36,531 bases of DNA from Paracoccaceae bacterium (GTDB lineage: Bacteria > Pseudomonadota > Alphaproteobacteria > Rhodobacterales > Rhodobacteraceae): NCBI GenBank assembly GCA_040383215.1, contig JBEIDZ010000001.1, positions 1 to 36,531 of the forward strand. Direction: 5' to 3'. This document shows positions 33,839-36,531 of the stretch, piece by piece. Below the pieces are notes generated by a model. The model worked only from the letters and a program-made list of their open reading frames with translations. It ran no database searches and had not been told where the DNA came from. Position 1 is the stretch's first letter, and every line of letters begins with the position of its first letter. The translations under genes and the position numbers were made by a program.

Positions 33839-34106
33839 CGGCGCGCAGCAGCGACTGGAACAGCACCTCGGCCAGGCCGAGCCCGCCGGCACGGGCGATT
33901 TCGCGCGCCCGCGCATCGAGGAGGAACGAGGCAAAGGGACTTTCCCCGCCCGATTCGCTTGTGCCTCCCGCCTTTTCGGCACCTGCCGCGCGCAGCATCT
34001 CGGCGATGAAGCTCGCCTCCAGATCCTCGGCGGCGGCCCGCAGGCGGCTGTCGTTCTGTGTGGCGGCCTCCGGCATGCGGGGGAGGGCGGCGGGGTCGGT
34101 CAGCAT
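33825..34106 (-). CDS. Single-domain FlgJ-like rod-binding protein (no muramidase domain)
   Basis: Start placed at ATG 34106 (GGAGAA RBS upstream). AAAEDLEASFIAEMLRAAG...FASFLLDARAREIA matches the FlgJ N-terminal rod-binding domain. 93 aa. Confidence 0.8.
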   Translation of the reverse strand: MLTDPAALPRMPEAATQNDSRLRAAAEDLEASFIAEMLRAAGAEKAGGTSESGGESPFASFLLDARAREIARAGGLGLAEVLFQSLLRADGRG

Positions 34107-34150
34107 GGTGATTCTCCGGACGCGGATATCCTGCCGACCATGGCGAGTCG

Positions 34151-34167
34151 CGGTAAACATCCGGTAA
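34151..34167. promoter_or_regulatory. Direct repeat CGGTAA-N5-CGGTAA (11-bp register; reverse strand reads TTAC-N7-TTAC) between divergent flgJ-like and fliK genes
   Basis: Read directly: cggtaaacatccggtaa. Same spacing as a CtrA-type TTAA-N7-TTAA box, with A-to-C at the fourth position of each half-site. Confidence 0.3.
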
Positions 34168-34222
34168 CTCCGATCACGCAGACTGAACCGGTCGAATGAT
34201 TCGCCCCGACCGGAGCTTCAAG

Positions 34223-35371
34223 ATGCACAGCCTGTCACCCGCCCTCGCACTGCCTGGCCCGCTTCAGGGCCAGAGTCCGTCACAGCCGGCGGATGGCGGC
34301 GCTGCCACGTCAGAGCAGGGGGCGCTCTTCGAAGCCGTCTTTGACGGCTTGGTTGCGGGAGCAGCCGGCGCGATGCCCGGGCCTGGCGGCGCGCTGCAGC
34401 CGCCGACCGGCGAACCGACCTCGGGCGGCGAAACGCCGGCGGCCGATCCGGCGGTCCTGCCGGATACGGCAGCCCTTGTCCTTCCGTTTGCCGTTCCCGC
34501 CTCTGTCCTGCCGACAGGAACGGGCGCCGCGGCCCCTGCATCGGGCATGTCCGGCAATCCCGGCGCACTCCTGCCACCCGACCGGTCAGCGCCCGCAGCG
34601 GCACTGCTGCGGCTGGCCGGCCCCGTGGCCGCAGACCAGCCTGCGACCGTTGCGGCCACGGGCCTCGCCCCGCCCGCCGCCCCGTCCGATCCGGCAGTGG
34701 CGGCCGATGCCGCGGACAGTGCCCAGCCTGACGCACCGGGCCGCTCCGGGTCCGAAGCCGGGGTGCGGACATCGGTCCCGCCGCTTTCCGACAGGGCCGC
34801 CCAGGACCAGATGACAATCGGGCTCGGCCCGGTGCAGACCGATCCCGCGCTGCCCGGCAGCCTCGAGAGCAGCTCTTTCGCGGACCTGTCGGCCGGCGAT
34901 GCCGCCACCGGCAACCAGCCGGCCGAGATACGGCGGAGCGGGGCAGACACGACCAACCACCCCCATCGCACCGGAGCCGAAGGCCCGCCACCGGCAGAAC
35001 GGCAGATCGTTTCCGCCATCGTTTCCTCCGGGTCAGGCCGGACCGAAATCCTGCTCGAACCGCAGGACCTTGGCCGTGTGCACCTCTCGCTTGAAGGCAA
35101 TGAGACGGGTCTTGTCGTGACGATCCAGGCCGAACGCAGCGACACGGCCGACCTCCTGCGCCGCAATGCCGACCTGCTGCTCCAGGAATTCCGCGAAGCC
35201 GGTTACGCCGATCTCAGCTTCACCTTCTCGGACCGGGGGGAGCAGGCCGAACAGGCCACCCGGCCGGAAGAGGAAACCCTGTCCACCGGCCCCGAGGCCG
35301 GGACGGCCGCGCCGCCCGTGCCGATCGGGCCCGGCGCGCGCGGCCATGCGCTGCTTGACCTTCGCCTGTGA
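34223..35371 (+). CDS. fliK: Flagellar hook-length control protein FliK
   Basis: Pro/Ala-rich N-terminal two-thirds. C-terminal Flg_hook domain ILLEPQDLGRVHLSLEGNETGLVVTIQAERSDTADLLRRNADLLLQEF. Start is ATG 34223 (GGAG 8 nt upstream) or ATG 34196 (track). Confidence 0.85.
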   Translation: MHSLSPALALPGPLQGQSPSQPADGGAATSEQGALFEAVFDGLVAGAAGAMPGPGGALQPPTGEPTSGGETPAADPAVLPDTAALVLPFAVPASVLPTGTGAAAPASGMSGNPGALLPPDRSAPAAALLRLAGPVAADQPATVAATGLAPPAAPSDPAVAADAADSAQPDAPGRSGSEAGVRTSVPPLSDRAAQDQMTIGLGPVQTDPALPGSLESSSFADLSAGDAATGNQPAEIRRSGADTTNHPHRTGAEGPPPAERQIVSAIVSSGSGRTEILLEPQDLGRVHLSLEGNETGLVVTIQAERSDTADLLRRNADLLLQEFREAGYADLSFTFSDRGEQAEQATRPEEETLSTGPEAGTAAPPVPIGPGARGHALLDLRL

Positions 35372-35377
35372 GCCAAC

Positions 35378-36073
35378 ATGACCGAGATTGCATCACCGAC
35401 CGCCACATCGCCCGGCCAGGCGGCACAGCCCGGCCAGAACGGCCAGAACGCCGCCGCCAAGCCCGCGAAGTCGGGGGCGATCTCTGCGGATTTCACCGTC
35501 TTCCTGCAGATGCTGACAACGCAGCTGAAATACCAGGACCCGATGAATCCGATGGATTCGTCCCAGTTCGCAACTCAGCTGGCAACCTTTGCCGGAGTCG
35601 AACAGCAAAACCGGAGCAATGAACTCCTGACCGGGATCAGCGCCCAGCTTGCCACAAGCACGATGGCCGAGGTTGCAGGCTGGATCGGCCAGGAAGTCCG
35701 CGCCGCCGCTCCGGTCCTCTTCGACGGCAAGCCGATCACGGTGTCGCCCAATCCCGCCGTGCTGGCCGATAGTGCCGCACTCGTGGTCCGCGACGAGGCG
35801 GGAAAGGAGATCATGCGCCAGACGATCCCGGTTTCCGCCGAGCCCTTCGAATGGGCCGGCGTAACGAATGACGGCGCCCCGCTGCCCAAGGGCATCTACC
35901 GCTTCGAGGTCATCAGCTATTCCGGCGGGCAGCAGATCCTTTCGGAAACCGCCGAAATCTATGCCGAAGTGGTCGAAGTCCGGTCCCGCGACGGGGTCAA
36001 CATGCTGATGACGGCCGGCGGCATCGCGGTTCCGGCCGGTACGGTCAGCGCGATCAGGGTCGGCCCCTCCTGA
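35378..36073 (+). CDS. flgD: Flagellar hook capping/assembly protein FlgD
   Basis: DFTVFLQMLTTQLKYQDPMNPMDSSQFATQLATFAGVEQ is the FlgD signature. A beta-rich C-terminal domain follows. Confidence 0.93.
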   Translation: MTEIASPTATSPGQAAQPGQNGQNAAAKPAKSGAISADFTVFLQMLTTQLKYQDPMNPMDSSQFATQLATFAGVEQQNRSNELLTGISAQLATSTMAEVAGWIGQEVRAAAPVLFDGKPITVSPNPAVLADSAALVVRDEAGKEIMRQTIPVSAEPFEWAGVTNDGAPLPKGIYRFEVISYSGGQQILSETAEIYAEVVEVRSRDGVNMLMTAGGIAVPAGTVSAIRVGPS

Positions 36074-36531
36074 CCGCAGACGCCATGTTGACCCGCTGAC
36101 CACGCGCCGCCGGGCAGGACGGGCCGATCGCCGTCGGACAGGAGCCCCCCCGCCGGGGCCGCGCCAGCCAGGTCAGCCGCCATCGGGAACGGCCGGGGCG
36201 TCAGAGACCCCCCCGGGTCGGGGCCGTCGCGGGTGAAGCGGACGGCGCCCCGATGCCATTCTCGGGAGCCCATGCGGTCCGCGCCTCCGCCGGGCGGGGA
36301 TCGCCGACGCGGGGCAGAGGCACAGGCTGCCATCTGGCCAAGGCCCACGGGGCGCGTCACAGGGCACCCCCGGGCAGGGGCCGTCCTGGGTGAAGCGGAC
36401 GGCGCCCCGACGCAGTTCGCGGGAGCCCATGCGGTCCGCGACTCCGCCAGGCGGGGACTACCGACGCGGCGCGGTGGCACAGACTGCACCATGGCGAGGG
36501 CTCGCGGCGGCATCACCGGACACCCTCCGGA
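36049..36531. repeat. Tandem array of ~157-bp GC-rich units: one diverged unit, two well-conserved units, and the start of another; continues past the window end
   Basis: Hand alignment of 36208-36330 against 36365-36487: ungapped, offset 157, 105/123 identical. Unit-start motifs recur near 36198, 36354 and 36509. A diverged unit covers 36049-36195. There is no + strand ORF here. Confidence 0.8.

Noticed and set aside
35959-36516. Minus-strand ORFs (185 aa and 85 aa) across the repeat array, each containing MGSRE..RGAVRFT.DGP
   Set aside because: The repeated peptide appears in two different frames because the DNA period (157) is not a multiple of 3. The 185-aa ORF also runs antisense into flgD. 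Composition is Pro/Arg/Gly-rich. They are most likely by-products of the DNA repeat. Only a homology search could rescue them.
36049-36531. CRISPR array as an explanation for the repeats
   Set aside because: The units are ~157 bp and directly abut each other with no unique spacers. Repeat identity is only ~85%. No cas genes are in the window.
1-36531. Mobile element, prophage, genomic island or defence system
   Set aside because: No integrase, transposase, recombinase, tRNA attachment site, phage structural gene, toxin-antitoxin or restriction/defence motifs were recognised in any frame. By eye, composition is uniformly GC-rich apart from short promoter regions.

Overview
Very GC-rich alphaproteobacterial chromosomal segment. 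It looks Rhodobacterales-like; that is an inference from the flagellin, FlaF/FlbT and DUF1217-type gene content. nt 1-6190: a carbohydrate ABC importer (two permeases, binding protein, ATPase), then an FGGY sugar kinase interrupted by a 1-nt frameshift, then a VOC-fold protein. nt 6300-10805: unrelated housekeeping genes (SGNH hydrolase, exonuclease III, small secreted protein, OmpR-family response regulator, GTP cyclohydrolase II, L,D-transpeptidase). nt 10824-36073: a compact alpha-type flagellar locus. Most neighbouring genes overlap or sit a few nt apart. The inferred units are: fliF/fliH-like/fliN/fliP (-); fliL/orf118/motE-like (+); motA/orf712/slt/flhA/fliR/flhB/orf128 (+); flgB/flgC/fliE/fliQ/flgF/flgG/flgA/flgH/fliL-like (-); fliI (+); flgJ-like/flgN-like, flagellin, flaF/flbT/DUF1217 (-); fliK/flgD (+). 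I saw no rRNA, tRNA, CRISPR array, transposase or integrase. I do not see a clear-cut new multi-gene system. The features most worth a second look are: (1) a tandem ~157-bp repeat array that starts at the flgD stop codon and runs off the window, where flgE would be expected; (2) a 486-bp non-coding gap after fliI that may hold a diverged inverted copy of that repeat; (3) several uncharacterised ORFs translationally coupled inside flagellar operons, notably a 712-aa secreted protein between motA and a lytic transglycosylase; (4) a His/Asp-rich repeat insertion in FliL; (5) direct repeats with 11-bp spacing in two divergent flagellar promoter regions, and repeated motifs in the flagellin leader. 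All function calls come from motif recognition by eye. No database search was run.
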